Notes: generated by a model not told the origin, from the sequence alone. Positions 7,318 to 16,858 are shown, counted from the stretch's first letter. The stretch: DNA of 64,000 nt from an uncultured Bifidobacteriaceae bacterium (GCA_964619705.1 CAZUGF010000010.1:1234-65233); one strand, 5' to 3'. Numbers and translations: made by a program.

Positions 7318-10143
7318 TCAGCGGCCGACGAGCGCAGGCCAGTTCACGACAAGCGTGAGCGGAACCGCGCCGGCTGCCGCGTTGCGCGTCACCGCCAGGA
7401 TGCGGCCGTCGGGCGAGACGTCGTGCTGCTTGCGCGGACCCGCCTTGACGTGTGGGAACAGCGGCGTGACCGCCCCGACGCGGACGGTATCGCGATCGAG
7501 CGTCAATGCGGCCGAGACGGCGCTGCCGCCGCCGAGGTACACGATCTCGCGTCCGTCGGCGCGCCACGCCGGGTCGATCCCTCCGCCCGGCGACACGCGT
7601 GCCTGGCGGCCAGGCCCGGGAAATGGCGCCACGTAGATCTCCTGGCGCCCTGATTCGGCGGACATGTAGGCCACCCAACGGCCGTCTGGCGAAATCTGCG
7701 GGAAGAAGGCTCGGGCGTGAGAGAACGGAAACGGCTTGCCGTCGCCCCCGTCGAGACGCAGTACCCATGCGGCCGGCGGCGCGCCACTGCTGCGGACGTT
7801 GTACAGCAGATAACGCCCGTCCGGAGTCACACTCGCCACCTCCTTGTCGAACGCGTCTTCGAGCAGGACCGTATCGGTACCGGCACCGTCCGCTCGACGC
7901 CGCAGGATCTGCAAGCGTCCGTCACGCTCCGCGGTATAGATGATGTGCGTTCCATCCCGCGTCCAGACACCCCCATGCAGGACGCGCACATCGTCGAACG
8001 TGATACGTGAGGCGACACCACGGTCCGCGTCGTACACCCACAGGTCGTGTGCCGCGGTCGAGTCCCGGCGAATCGACGCCAGCACACGCGTGCCGTCGGG
8101 CGAGACGACCGTGTCGGCGTAGTCAGCTGGAGCACCCAGCGTCCCGAGCCTCTGGCCGCGGCGGTCGTACCAGACGAGTTCGAACCCTGGTGACGCATCT
8201 GCCTGAAACGCGGCGACACCGGCCGACGACACGCTGAAGAGGTGCGTGTCCGGGCCGGAAGGACCGCGGTCGGCGGCGCGGATGTTCTCGCTGACCGCGA
8301 TCGGGGATCCCGTGAGCGCCTGTCGCTCCGTATCGAATGCCTGGGCCATCAAGGTTCTGCCGCGAACGAACCACACGAATCCGTCCGCGACCTGCACCAT
8401 CGTCGCGTTGATGGGCAGCGGCGTGTCGCCCCCGCCGTCGAGCGCGTGCAGGTACACCTGCGGTTCGTCCCGGATGGAGCGCCGCACGTAGAGAAAGTGT
8501 TGTCCGTCAGGAAGGAAGGACGGCCAGACGTGCAGGGTCTCCGCGGCCTGCGGGTCGATCGCCGTCAGAGGCACGGGTGTCCCGGCCGAGGCCGAGACGG
8601 CGGCCAGGTTCAACGTCGTCGTCGTGAAGAGGATCACGTCGCGCTCGCTCCAGGCGCCCCCGGCGAAGGCCTGGTCGCACAGCGTCACGGGCTCGCCCCC
8701 GCCCACGGCCACCTTCCGCAGTTGCCGGTCCTGAATGAACGCAATCCAGTTGCCGTCCGGCGACCAGAACGGCGTCACGGCGTTCACCGTCCCGGGGACG
8801 GGGCGTGCCACTGATGAGTCCAGCGGGCGAACCCAGAGCTGCGCACGTCCGTCCGCGGCCTCGGCGGTAAACGCCAGCGTGCGTCCGTCAGGCGAGACGG
8901 CGAGCGCGCCCGCAAGCGATATGGATCCGGGTAACAGAATCGAGCTGCGGACCACGTGCGTGTCGCGCGGCGGACGGCCGAACGGAGGAGCCACGGCAAA
9001 CCAGGCCGCCGCGGCCAGACCGGCCGCGGCCAGCCACCACGCAGCCGCGTGTCCGCGTCGTGTCGCTCGCGGTGTGCCGGCGACGCTCTCATCGATGACG
9101 GCGGCTTCGGCGAGGTCGAACCTGGCATCGGCAATGTCGGCAAGCCGGCGAGTACGATCCGGCTCGAGGCACCTGCGCAGGAGCCGCCGGAGCGCCGGTG
9201 GAAGATCATCCCGGTCCGGCGCGTCACGAACGTCGACGGGCGCGTCGCCGCCAGTGGTCATGGAAAACGGCCTGCGGTTCGTCAGCATCTCGAACAGCAC
9301 GCACCCGAACGCCCAGATGTCCGTACGCTTGTCGACGTCGTCGCCGTTCGCCTGCTCCGGGCTCATGTATGCGGCTGTTCCAAGAAGGACGCCCGCATGC
9401 GTCGCTTCATCTGGCCTCGCCCCCGCCCCGTCGGACGGCGCGCGTGGCAGTTCGATCACCTTGGCCAGGCCGAAGTCGAGGACCTTGACGATGCCGTCTT
9501 CACGCAGCTTGATATTCGCGGGTTTGAGGTCGCGATGGACGATGCCCGACTGGTGGGCCGCGTCCAGCGCGTCGACGATCTGGCGCGCGATGTGGAGCGA
9601 CTGATCGAGCGGCAGCGGTCCGGCCGCGATGCGTTCGGCGAGCGTCGGCCCGGGGATCAACTCGAGGACCAGCGCTCCGACGCCGTCCATGTCTTCGAGA
9701 CCATAGATGGTGGCGATGGACGGGTGGTTCAGCGACGCGAGAATCCGGGCTTCGCGGTGGAAGCGCGCCACGCGACCGGCATCGGCAAGAAACACGTCGG
9801 GCAGCAGTTTCAGCGCGACATCACGTCCCAGCGTGGTGTCGCGCGCCCGATAGACGTCGCCCATGCCACCTGACGCGAGGATACCGGTGACCTCGTACGG
9901 GCCGATGCGATCGCCGGGCCGCGCGTCCGATGTCACGACCCTCGCGACGCCTGCCTGGAGGAACGATCCCATGCGCTCCGCGGCTTCGAGCAGGTCCAGC
10001 ACGTCGCGGTGCAATGCCGAGTCCTCGCCGCACGCGGCCGTCACCGCCGCGGCACGCGCGTCCGGGGGCAGCTCCTGGACCGACTCGAAGATCGCGCGCA
10101 CGCGGCGGTGCCGCTCGACGATTCCGCTCATGGACGACGACAT
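7318..10143 (-). CDS. Ser/Thr protein kinase with transmembrane segment and TolB-like (PD40) beta-propeller
   Basis: ORF 7318..10425, with the start set at MSSSMSG (10143). Kinase motifs are GGMGDVYRA, ALK, HRDLKPANI, DFGLAK and SPEQ. The TM segment is WWLAAAGLAAAAWFAV. PD40-type repeats recur (SPDGRTLAF, SPDGNWIAF, SPDGTRVLA, SPDGRWVAY...). Confidence 0.9.
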   Translation of the reverse strand: MSSSMSGIVERHRRVRAIFESVQELPPDARAAAVTAACGEDSALHRDVLDLLEAAERMGSFLQAGVARVVTSDARPGDRIGPYEVTGILASGGMGDVYRARDTTLGRDVALKLLPDVFLADAGRVARFHREARILASLNHPSIATIYGLEDMDGVGALVLELIPGPTLAERIAAGPLPLDQSLHIARQIVDALDAAHQSGIVHRDLKPANIKLREDGIVKVLDFGLAKVIELPRAPSDGAGARPDEATHAGVLLGTAAYMSPEQANGDDVDKRTDIWAFGCVLFEMLTNRRPFSMTTGGDAPVDVRDAPDRDDLPPALRRLLRRCLEPDRTRRLADIADARFDLAEAAVIDESVAGTPRATRRGHAAAWWLAAAGLAAAAWFAVAPPFGRPPRDTHVVRSSILLPGSISLAGALAVSPDGRTLAFTAEAADGRAQLWVRPLDSSVARPVPGTVNAVTPFWSPDGNWIAFIQDRQLRKVAVGGGEPVTLCDQAFAGGAWSERDVILFTTTTLNLAAVSASAGTPVPLTAIDPQAAETLHVWPSFLPDGQHFLYVRRSIRDEPQVYLHALDGGGDTPLPINATMVQVADGFVWFVRGRTLMAQAFDTERQALTGSPIAVSENIRAADRGPSGPDTHLFSVSSAGVAAFQADASPGFELVWYDRRGQRLGTLGAPADYADTVVSPDGTRVLASIRRDSTAAHDLWVYDADRGVASRITFDDVRVLHGGVWTRDGTHIIYTAERDGRLQILRRRADGAGTDTVLLEDAFDKEVASVTPDGRYLLYNVRSSGAPPAAWVLRLDGGDGKPFPFSHARAFFPQISPDGRWVAYMSAESGRQEIYVAPFPGPGRQARVSPGGGIDPAWRADGREIVYLGGGSAVSAALTLDRDTVRVGAVTPLFPHVKAGPRKQHDVSPDGRILAVTRNAAAGAVPLTLVVNWPALVGR

Positions 10144-10448
10144 ACCACCAGACCTGCCACGCTGGCCAGTGACGACGTGAGGCGCCAGTCTACCGTCGAT
10201 CCGGCCGCGTCCAGCCGAGGCCACGCGTTCGCGCCGAGGGCTCAGGGCAGAGTCAGGGGTCCTGGCGTGCCGGCTCCTGCGGCTGCCCCACCACCAGGGA
10301 GGACGAGCCGTGTCTTGTCCGCCTAACTCCATTGATTCATAGGGCGTTGCGGGCGCAGGGCCGAACGGGACCATGCCCGGAACCGGAATGGCGTCCGGGC
10401 GGCCCGGCATCAGCCCCGTGCCCACGAACGGTCAGCCGATCGACGAGG

Positions 10449-10928
10449 TCATGACGGTCCCGCGTTCGCGCCCAGGGTGAGGAGCAGCTCGTCCAGTTGC
10501 GCGAACGTCTCGACCGTCGCATCCGCCGCCCCGGTGCCGGCGGCGTCGAGCGCTTCCTTCGAAGCATAGAGCTCGTGCATGACCAGCAGCGTCTGGCCAC
10601 GCGTTTCCTCGAATGTCACCGTGGTGACAGACCCACCCTCACCACCTTCCTCGTTGGTCCACACGAGGCGCGAGTGCGGTGTCACTTCGCGGTACGTGCC
10701 GAAGAACGCCATCCCATCGGGTTCGAACTCGAGACGGTACTGGCCCCCGACACGCACATCCATCTCACAGGACCGCAGGGACATGCCCATCGACTTCGGC
10801 ACCCACCACCGCGTGAACAGCTCGGGCCTGGTCCATGCCTCGAACACGAGGCGGGCCGGGCCGTTGAAGGTTCGGGTCACGACCACCTCACGCTCGGACG
10901 TCCGCTCCACCGTCGTGCGGTTCTTCAT
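10449..10928 (-). CDS. SRPBCC/AHSA1-family protein
   Basis: ORF 10449..10961. VVVTRTFNGPARLVFEAWTRPELFTRWW... is the Aha1/SRPBCC signature. The start was set at MKNRTT (10928), and the 10961 start would overlap arsR. Confidence 0.85.
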   Translation of the reverse strand: MKNRTTVERTSEREVVVTRTFNGPARLVFEAWTRPELFTRWWVPKSMGMSLRSCEMDVRVGGQYRLEFEPDGMAFFGTYREVTPHSRLVWTNEEGGEGGSVTTVTFEETRGQTLLVMHELYASKEALDAAGTGAADATVETFAQLDELLLTLGANAGPS

Positions 10929-10938
10929 GGGCGTGGGC

Positions 10939-11304
10939 TCACGCTCGCTTCTTGTGTCCATCAGCCTTCTCCTTCCGTTTCAGTTCCTCGACGACCGTGT
11001 CCAGCTCGTCGAATCGCGCCCCCCAGAGCTGGCGATACCTCTCGATCCATGCCGCCTCTTCGTCCAGTCGGCGCAGGCCGAGCCTGCAGGTCCGCACACG
11101 CCCGATCTTCTCCGTGGTGACCAGCCCCGCCTGCTCCAGGACGCCGACGTGCTTCTTCATGCCCGTGAGGGTCATGTGGAACCTGCCGGCCAGGTCCGTG
11201 ATCGACGCGTCTGCACGCCCGAGCTGCTCCAGGACACCGCGTCGGGTGGCGTCCGAGAGCGCGGCAAACGAGGCGTCAAAGCGGATCGGCGAATACTGAA
11301 CCAT
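10939..11304 (-). CDS. ArsR/SmtB-family transcriptional regulator
   Basis: 121 aa. FAALSDATRRGVLEQLGRADASITDLAGRFHMTLTGMKKHVGVLEQAGLV is the winged HTH of ArsR-family partners of SRPBCC proteins. Confidence 0.9.
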   Translation of the reverse strand: MVQYSPIRFDASFAALSDATRRGVLEQLGRADASITDLAGRFHMTLTGMKKHVGVLEQAGLVTTEKIGRVRTCRLGLRRLDEEAAWIERYRQLWGARFDELDTVVEELKRKEKADGHKKRA

Positions 11305-11316
11305 CTGGTTCAGTAT
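11293..11316. promoter_or_regulatory. Perfect 11-2-11 inverted repeat, candidate ArsR/SmtB operator
   Basis: ATACTGAACCA-TC-TGGTTCAGTAT overlaps the arsR-family start codon (11302-11304). It resembles the 12-2-12 TGAAC-type operators of the ArsR/SmtB family. Confidence 0.6.
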
Positions 11317-11480
11317 ATACCATCCCTGTTGGCGGCATGCAAGGCCCGTCTCGGCTTCATGTCAACGCCTCGGCTTCACCGGCGACTTCCGCGTGACGTT
11401 CGCGTGGTCCAGGCTCCTCGGGGCGGTGCCATCGTCGACCTGCGGTTCGAGTACGATGTCGCGAAAGGTGGGAGCCTTCC

Positions 11481-12605
11481 ATGAGACGTGATGCACCGAT
11501 CCGCGCCCTCGCCGTGGTGGTACTGGCTGTATGCGTTTGTGCGCTGCCGCAGACGGTGACGGCGCAGACTCCCGGTGACATCACGCCGGTTCCCTCAGGC
11601 CCGGCCGTGCCGCTGGCCGAGATGCAGGCCCGTTGCGATGCCAGCGCGGTGGGCCGCACCGCCGGCGTACGCAGGGACGACGCCTTCAATCCCGGCGTGG
11701 CCGGCGCGGCGGCGGTGCTGGCGAAGATCAGGCCGATCTTCGCCGGCTTCGCGCCGAACGGCTTTGAAACGCGCACCGGCGGCACCGTGTTCACCCCTGA
11801 GTACGGGATGCCCGCGTACATGCGCCCGTGGAATTTTCACGTGCTCAGTTACCCGTATTCCTGCCTGTCCAACGGCAGGTTCAGCCAGGATACCCATTAC
11901 GCCTTCTCCGCCTACGTCACCATCAACAACGGCCTGGACCATGGCCCGTACCGGCTGCCCCTCGACTACAACCCGGACAGCCGCAACGGCGACGGCACCG
12001 GCGAGGACTCCACGTTCGGTTTCTACACACTGCGGGACGAATGGCTGGTCGATGGCCTGCCGCAGGCGAAGAACGGCTACTTCCACATCCGGGGCGAATA
12101 CGCCGACAGCTACTGGTTCACCCGGGGCGGCCAGTTGCCGTTCGCGTATGTGAGCCGCGAGGAATTCCTGCGCAAGCAGACCGGCATCCTGCAAACCGGC
12201 CTGGCCCACACGCGCAGTGAAATGACGAGCGCCTACACCGCCGCCGGCCAGCCGGTCGACCACGCGACGATCAACACGATCCTCGCCGCGATGTACGAAA
12301 GGCCCATCGCCCGCTACCAGCAGTTACTGACGCAACCGGCGCCGTGGCTGCAGCAGCCGGCCATCGTGCGCATGAGCACGAGTGCCGAGGAGGCGAGCTA
12401 TGAGTTCCTCGAGGCGTCGCACATCGGCTTCGGCGCGCAGGTGCCGATCAAGCCACACCCCGGCTACTTCGACGCATCCACACCTGCCGGCGCGCCGCAA
12501 TACCTGGTCATCCGCCTGGGCAACCAACACAAGCGCGGCGAGTACGACCAGCTCCGCGATCTGATCGAGCGGAACGTCGAGACCTTCAAGTCGCTGGTGG
12601 ACTGA
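11481..12605 (+). CDS. Secreted hypothetical protein
   Basis: 374 aa. The signal peptide is MRRDAPIRALAVVVLAVCVCALPQTVTAQ. Codon bias is coding-like, and I recognise no domain. Confidence 0.65.
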   Translation: MRRDAPIRALAVVVLAVCVCALPQTVTAQTPGDITPVPSGPAVPLAEMQARCDASAVGRTAGVRRDDAFNPGVAGAAAVLAKIRPIFAGFAPNGFETRTGGTVFTPEYGMPAYMRPWNFHVLSYPYSCLSNGRFSQDTHYAFSAYVTINNGLDHGPYRLPLDYNPDSRNGDGTGEDSTFGFYTLRDEWLVDGLPQAKNGYFHIRGEYADSYWFTRGGQLPFAYVSREEFLRKQTGILQTGLAHTRSEMTSAYTAAGQPVDHATINTILAAMYERPIARYQQLLTQPAPWLQQPAIVRMSTSAEEASYEFLEASHIGFGAQVPIKPHPGYFDASTPAGAPQYLVIRLGNQHKRGEYDQLRDLIERNVETFKSLVD

Positions 12606-12657
12606 GGCGCTCCGTTCATCATGCCGCACATCGCGCAGTCCTGAGTGCGTAGGACGA

Positions 12658-13554
12658 CTACGCCGACCGTGCGTAGTGGCTCGGCGGCTGCCCGACATGC
12701 CGGCTGAACGCCACGCTGAACGCACTGGTCGAGCCGTAGCCCACACGTTCGGCAACGTCGGACACCGTCACCTTGTCGTGGCGAAGCAGTGCCTTGGCGA
12801 TCTCCATGCGCCATGCCAGCAGGTACGCCATCGGCGCCACCCCCACCATGCGCGAGAAGCGCTCGAAGAACGCGGAACGGGACAGGGCCGCGATCGTCGC
12901 CAACCGATCGATGCTCCAGGCGTGATCGATCCGCGCATGCATCTGCTTCAGCGCGCGCGCCAGCCGCTCATCCCCCAGACCCCGCAGCAACCCCGGAGGC
13001 GCGCTTCCGCCCGACGCCGCGCGCATGGCTTCCACGAGCAGCAGCTCCACAAGCCGGGACATCACGAACTCGCTGCCGGGCCTCTGATCCGCAGACTCTT
13101 CGCCCACCATCCGGACCAACTGCGACAGGCGCGCTGAATCCCGGACATGAACCAGCGTGGGCAGCAACGAGACCAGCAGCCCCGGATCGGCACAATCGAA
13201 CAGGAAGGCACCTCCCAACGAACGCATGTCCGGGGGGCCTTTCCGCTCGCCGTAGCGCATCTCGCGACGGGCGCTCGCGACAGCCCTGGGGTCGAGATGG
13301 ACCGGAGGCGCCGGCTCGAAGCTCGAGAGCGTAAAGGCCGGTGTCGTGGGCAGCAGGACGAAGTCACCTGCGCCGATCGTGATGGGTTCGTGCCCGTCGA
13401 CCGCCAGCCGGCAGCTTCCGTCCAGCACGATGCAGAAGCTGGGCAGGCCATAGTTCGCATAGCGCACCGCCCAGTTGCCCTTGCCGCTGATGACGTTGGC
13501 AAAGGCCGCGCTGGGCCGCAGCAGCCGCACGACCTCGGAGAGTGGGTCGGTCAT
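12658..13554 (-). CDS. AraC-family transcriptional regulator (cupin-like N-domain plus HTH_18)
   Basis: 298 aa. The C-terminal part, SIDRLATIAALSRSAFFERFSRMVGVAPMAYLLAWRMEIAKALL...VSDVAERVGYGSTSAFSVAFSRHVGQPPSHY, is the AraC HTH pair. Confidence 0.9.
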   Translation of the reverse strand: MTDPLSEVVRLLRPSAAFANVISGKGNWAVRYANYGLPSFCIVLDGSCRLAVDGHEPITIGAGDFVLLPTTPAFTLSSFEPAPPVHLDPRAVASARREMRYGERKGPPDMRSLGGAFLFDCADPGLLVSLLPTLVHVRDSARLSQLVRMVGEESADQRPGSEFVMSRLVELLLVEAMRAASGGSAPPGLLRGLGDERLARALKQMHARIDHAWSIDRLATIAALSRSAFFERFSRMVGVAPMAYLLAWRMEIAKALLRHDKVTVSDVAERVGYGSTSAFSVAFSRHVGQPPSHYARSA

Positions 13555-13662
13555 GATTAAGGACTTCTACTAAACATATCAGGACTCCAGATTATCGAAA
13601 GTCCGGCCGCGCTCGCCTATCGTTCTCTCCAGCGTCAACACACCTTCCAGGAGAGACACGAC

Positions 13663-14451
13663 ATGAAGACGGTACTCATCACCGGTTGTTCCTCCGGCTA
13701 CGGCCTGGAGACGGCTCGCCACTTCCTCGCGCAGGGCTGGCGCGTCGTGGCCACGATGCGCGCACCGCGGGAGGACCTGTTCCCCGCGTCCCCGCACCTG
13801 AACGTCCTGGCGCTGGATGTGACCCGGCCTGACAGCATCACCCGCGCCCTGGACGCGGCCGGCCCCATCGACGTGCTGGTGAACAACGCCGGCATCGGCC
13901 TGTTCGGGGCGTTCGAGGCCACGCCGATGTCCACGGTGCGCGACATCTTCGAGACCAACACGTTCGGTGTCCTGGCGATGTGTCAGGCGATCATCCCGCA
14001 GTTCCGGGCCCGCCGGGCCGGCACGATCGTGAACGTCACGTCGAGCGCGACCCTGGCCCCGTTCCCGCTGGTCGCGGCCTACACCGCCAGCAAGGCGGCC
14101 ATCGAAGGGTTCACGGCGTCCCTCGCACTCGAACTCCAGGGCTTCGGCGTGCGAGTCGCGCTCGTCGAGCCCGGCTACGGCCCCACGACCAGCTTCACCG
14201 CCAATGGCCAGCAGCGAATGCAGGGCCTGGTTCCCGAAGCCTACGAACCGTTCGCCCGCCGCGTGCTCGCCGGGTTCACCACGGACATGCCGGCGACGAA
14301 GGAATCCGACGTGGCCGAGGCCGTGCTGAAGGCCGCGACCGACGCCTCCCGTCGGCTTCGCTTCCCGGCAGGTGCAGACGCGCTGGCCCTCGCTGGCGAA
14401 GGGGTATTACGTCCCGCGGGCCAGCGGACTGTCCCAGACGCGGAGCAGTAG
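13663..14451 (+). CDS. Short-chain dehydrogenase/reductase (SDR)
   Basis: 262 aa. It has TGCSSGYG (TGxxxGxG), NNAG and YTASKAA (YxxxK). A GGAGAG RBS is present. It is divergent from the AraC gene. Confidence 0.9.
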   Translation: MKTVLITGCSSGYGLETARHFLAQGWRVVATMRAPREDLFPASPHLNVLALDVTRPDSITRALDAAGPIDVLVNNAGIGLFGAFEATPMSTVRDIFETNTFGVLAMCQAIIPQFRARRAGTIVNVTSSATLAPFPLVAAYTASKAAIEGFTASLALELQGFGVRVALVEPGYGPTTSFTANGQQRMQGLVPEAYEPFARRVLAGFTTDMPATKESDVAEAVLKAATDASRRLRFPAGADALALAGEGVLRPAGQRTVPDAEQ

Positions 14452-14880
14452 TGCCTTGAGGGCGGCAAAGCGCCTCGGTCCGAGCACCGTCGTCCATTCG
14501 CGTTCGATGTCGCGGAGGATGTCGTGGATCCGGGCATAGGCGGCGCGTCCGCGCCGGGTGAAGCGGACCAGGCGCGCGCGGCCCTCGTCGGGCGCGTCGG
14601 ACCGGACGAGATAGCCGAGCCCCTCGAGGCTCCGGAGCAGCTGATTCATGGCCTGTTTGCTCATCCCGGCGCGCTCGGCCAGCAGGCCGGGGCGAACGCC
14701 ATCCGGGCCCGGAAACTGCAGCACCGCCATGTGCGGCACGCGCAGGTCCTCGTACCCGGCCGCGTTGAGCTCCGCGATGATCCGGCGCTGAATGGTCTGG
14801 GCCGGCACGCGCAGCAACGCGCCGATGAGCATGTCCTTCGTCTCGACCGACGAGCGGCCCGGCGATTTCGGCATTGACAT
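14407..14880 (-). CDS. MarR-family transcriptional regulator
   Basis: 157 aa. LLAERAGMSKQAMNQLLRSLEGLGYLVRSDAPDEGRARLVRFTRRG is the MarR wHTH. Its 3' end overlaps the SDR 3' end by 45 nt. Confidence 0.85.
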   Translation of the reverse strand: MSMPKSPGRSSVETKDMLIGALLRVPAQTIQRRIIAELNAAGYEDLRVPHMAVLQFPGPDGVRPGLLAERAGMSKQAMNQLLRSLEGLGYLVRSDAPDEGRARLVRFTRRGRAAYARIHDILRDIEREWTTVLGPRRFAALKALLLRVWDSPLARGT

Positions 14881-14943
14881 TATGGTAAAGCGAATTTACT
14901 ATCCAGCCAGTCAACGCAGTTTACTACGACCAGAGAGGTATCC

Positions 14944-15423
14944 GTGCCAGAGACCACCGGCCTCCGCGTCAATCCCTCCGATGAGACCGTCCACCTCGGA
15001 CCGCTCACCGTGCGCTTCCTGCTCGCGGGAGACCACTCGACGGGCAGCGTCGCGGCCTTCGAGGTCCTGGTCCCGGCCGCCGAGCGCCTGGCGGCTCCCG
15101 CGCACAGCCATGACCACTACGAGGAGACGGTCTACGGTGTCGCCGGCGTGCTGACCTGGACCGTCGACGGGACGCCCATCGACGTCGCGCCGGGAGATGC
15201 GCTCTGCATACCGCGCGGCGCCGTTCACCGCTTCGACAACAACGGCAGCCAGGACGCGACGGCGCTCTGCGTGATCACGCCGGCCGCGATCGGACCCCAG
15301 TACTTTCGTGAAGCGGCCGAGTGGCTCGCCGCGGCGGCCGGCGGCCCACCGGACCGCGCCAGGATGGCGGAGATCATGCGACGCCACGGCCTCACGCCGG
15401 CTCCGCCCCCGCCCGAGGCGTAG
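14944..15423 (+). CDS. Cupin domain protein
   Basis: 159 aa with a GTG start and a GAGAGG RBS. HSHDHYEETVYGVAG and PRGAVHRFDN are the cupin motifs. It is divergent from marR. Confidence 0.8.
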   Translation: MPETTGLRVNPSDETVHLGPLTVRFLLAGDHSTGSVAAFEVLVPAAERLAAPAHSHDHYEETVYGVAGVLTWTVDGTPIDVAPGDALCIPRGAVHRFDNNGSQDATALCVITPAAIGPQYFREAAEWLAAAAGGPPDRARMAEIMRRHGLTPAPPPPEA

Positions 15424-15507
15424 TCCTTCGACGCGGCGCCTTGATCTGGCGTATGCTCACGCGGCGGTGTGGGCACAGGCCGGGCCGTTCACAGTCACCG
15501 CGATTCC

Positions 15508-16356
15508 TCACGCGCAACACGTCGGTCCGCAGCAGCGTTCCGCCGCCGCGGCCGGCTTGCGGGCCCGCACGAACGCGCTCATGATCCGGCCGTCGACCTG
15601 CGCGATGGTCGCCTCGTCCGCCAGTCCTGCCTCTTCGAGGAACTGCCTGGCGTCAGCGGCGCGATAGATCCGCGTCGGCTCCAGCTCGATCGCTTCGAAC
15701 CCGGCGCCTGCCAGCTTGCTCCGGTATGTCGATTCCTCCAGCGCGCCCGCGACGCAGCCCACCCAGAGTTCCAGGCTGCGGCGCACGTCGGCAGGCACGT
15801 CGTCGCCCCTCACGACCACGTCAGACACGGCGAATCGGCCGCCTGGCTTCAGTACGCGGAACGCCTCGGCGAGGACGCGGTCCTTGTCGGCGGAGAGGTT
15901 GATGACGCAGTTCGAGATGATCACGTCGACGGAGCCGTCCGGCAGCGGGATGTCCTCGATCTCACCCTTGAGGAACTCGACGTTCGTCAGGCCCGATCGC
16001 CCCTGATTCTCGCGGGCCAGCGCCAGCATCTCGTCGGTCATGTCCAGGCCATAGGCCTTGCCGTTCGGGCCGACGCGCCGGGCCGACAGCAGCACGTCGA
16101 TCCCGCCACCGGATCCCAGATCCAGAACGACCTCGCCCGCACTCAGCTCCGCCAGGGCGGTCGGGTTGCCGCAGCCCATCGACGCCAGCAGCGCCTCGGC
16201 GGGCACGCCGGCCGCCTGCGCAGCGTCGTAGAGGTCCGAGGTGATCGGATCGGGTCCACACGACGACCCGCATCCGCATCCCGCCTTTGCGCCGCTCCGG
16301 GCTTCCAGTGCGGCCGCGCCGTATTTCCGTTGCACGACTTGCTTGATGCTGTCCAT
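15508..16356 (-). CDS. arsM: Arsenite S-adenosylmethionine methyltransferase
   Basis: 282 aa. It has N-terminal Cys clusters (GCGCGSSCG, MGCGNP), the SAM motif VLDLGSGGGID, and a C-terminal CCGPTCC. Confidence 0.85.
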   Translation of the reverse strand: MDSIKQVVQRKYGAAALEARSGAKAGCGCGSSCGPDPITSDLYDAAQAAGVPAEALLASMGCGNPTALAELSAGEVVLDLGSGGGIDVLLSARRVGPNGKAYGLDMTDEMLALARENQGRSGLTNVEFLKGEIEDIPLPDGSVDVIISNCVINLSADKDRVLAEAFRVLKPGGRFAVSDVVVRGDDVPADVRRSLELWVGCVAGALEESTYRSKLAGAGFEAIELEPTRIYRAADARQFLEEAGLADEATIAQVDGRIMSAFVRARKPAAAAERCCGPTCCA

Positions 16357-16370
16357 GGAACACCCCTCAG

Positions 16371-16390
16371 ATATTTGCCTTGGCGAATAT
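16371..16390. promoter_or_regulatory. Imperfect 9-2-9 inverted repeat in arsM/arsR divergent region
   Basis: ATATTTGCC-TT-GGCGAATAT has one mismatch between its arms. It lies in an AT-rich 67-nt intergenic region. Confidence 0.45.
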
Positions 16391-16423
16391 AGCGACCCGT
16401 GCTACATTCGTCAAGGCATATAT

Positions 16424-16858
16424 ATGAGCAGGAGACGGGCATCGACGCCGGCGACCCCGGCCGCGGTTCACGAGTTGGAGAACGTCCTCAAGGCGCTCGC
16501 CGACAAGACACGCCTGCGCATCCTCGCCCTCCTGGGGAACAACGAGGTGTGCGTCTGCCATCTCCACGACAGCCTCGGACTCCCGCAACCAACCGTCTCC
16601 CGCCACCTGGCGTATCTGCGCAGGAGCGGGCTCGTGACGGCCCGGCGCGACGGCGTCTGGATGCACTATCAGGTATCGAGGTCGCTGAATCCCGCGATCC
16701 GGGGCGTCGTCGCGGCCGCCGTGGATGCGGTGCAGCGCCTGCCGGCGACGGCGCAGGACCAGAAGCAGTTCACGCGGGCGTTCGGACCGTTGTACGTGCT
16801 CGACAGCCCGGCGGGCGGCGCATGCTGCGCGCCCCGTGATCAGGGGCCGCCGTCCTGA
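16424..16858 (+). CDS. arsR: ArsR-family metalloregulator
   Basis: This is the in-frame ATG at residue 62 of ORF 16241..16858. LADKTRLRILALLGNNEVCVCHLHDSLGLPQPTVSRHLAYLRRSGLV includes the CVC metalloid-binding motif. Confidence 0.85.
   Translation: MSRRRASTPATPAAVHELENVLKALADKTRLRILALLGNNEVCVCHLHDSLGLPQPTVSRHLAYLRRSGLVTARRDGVWMHYQVSRSLNPAIRGVVAAAVDAVQRLPATAQDQKQFTRAFGPLYVLDSPAGGACCAPRDQGPPS

Noticed and set aside
14895-14926. Direct repeat TTTACTA (14895-14901 and 14920-14926) in the marR/cupin spacer, as a MarR operator.
   Set aside because: The repeats are only 7 nt long and direct rather than inverted. They are plausible but too weak to call as a feature.
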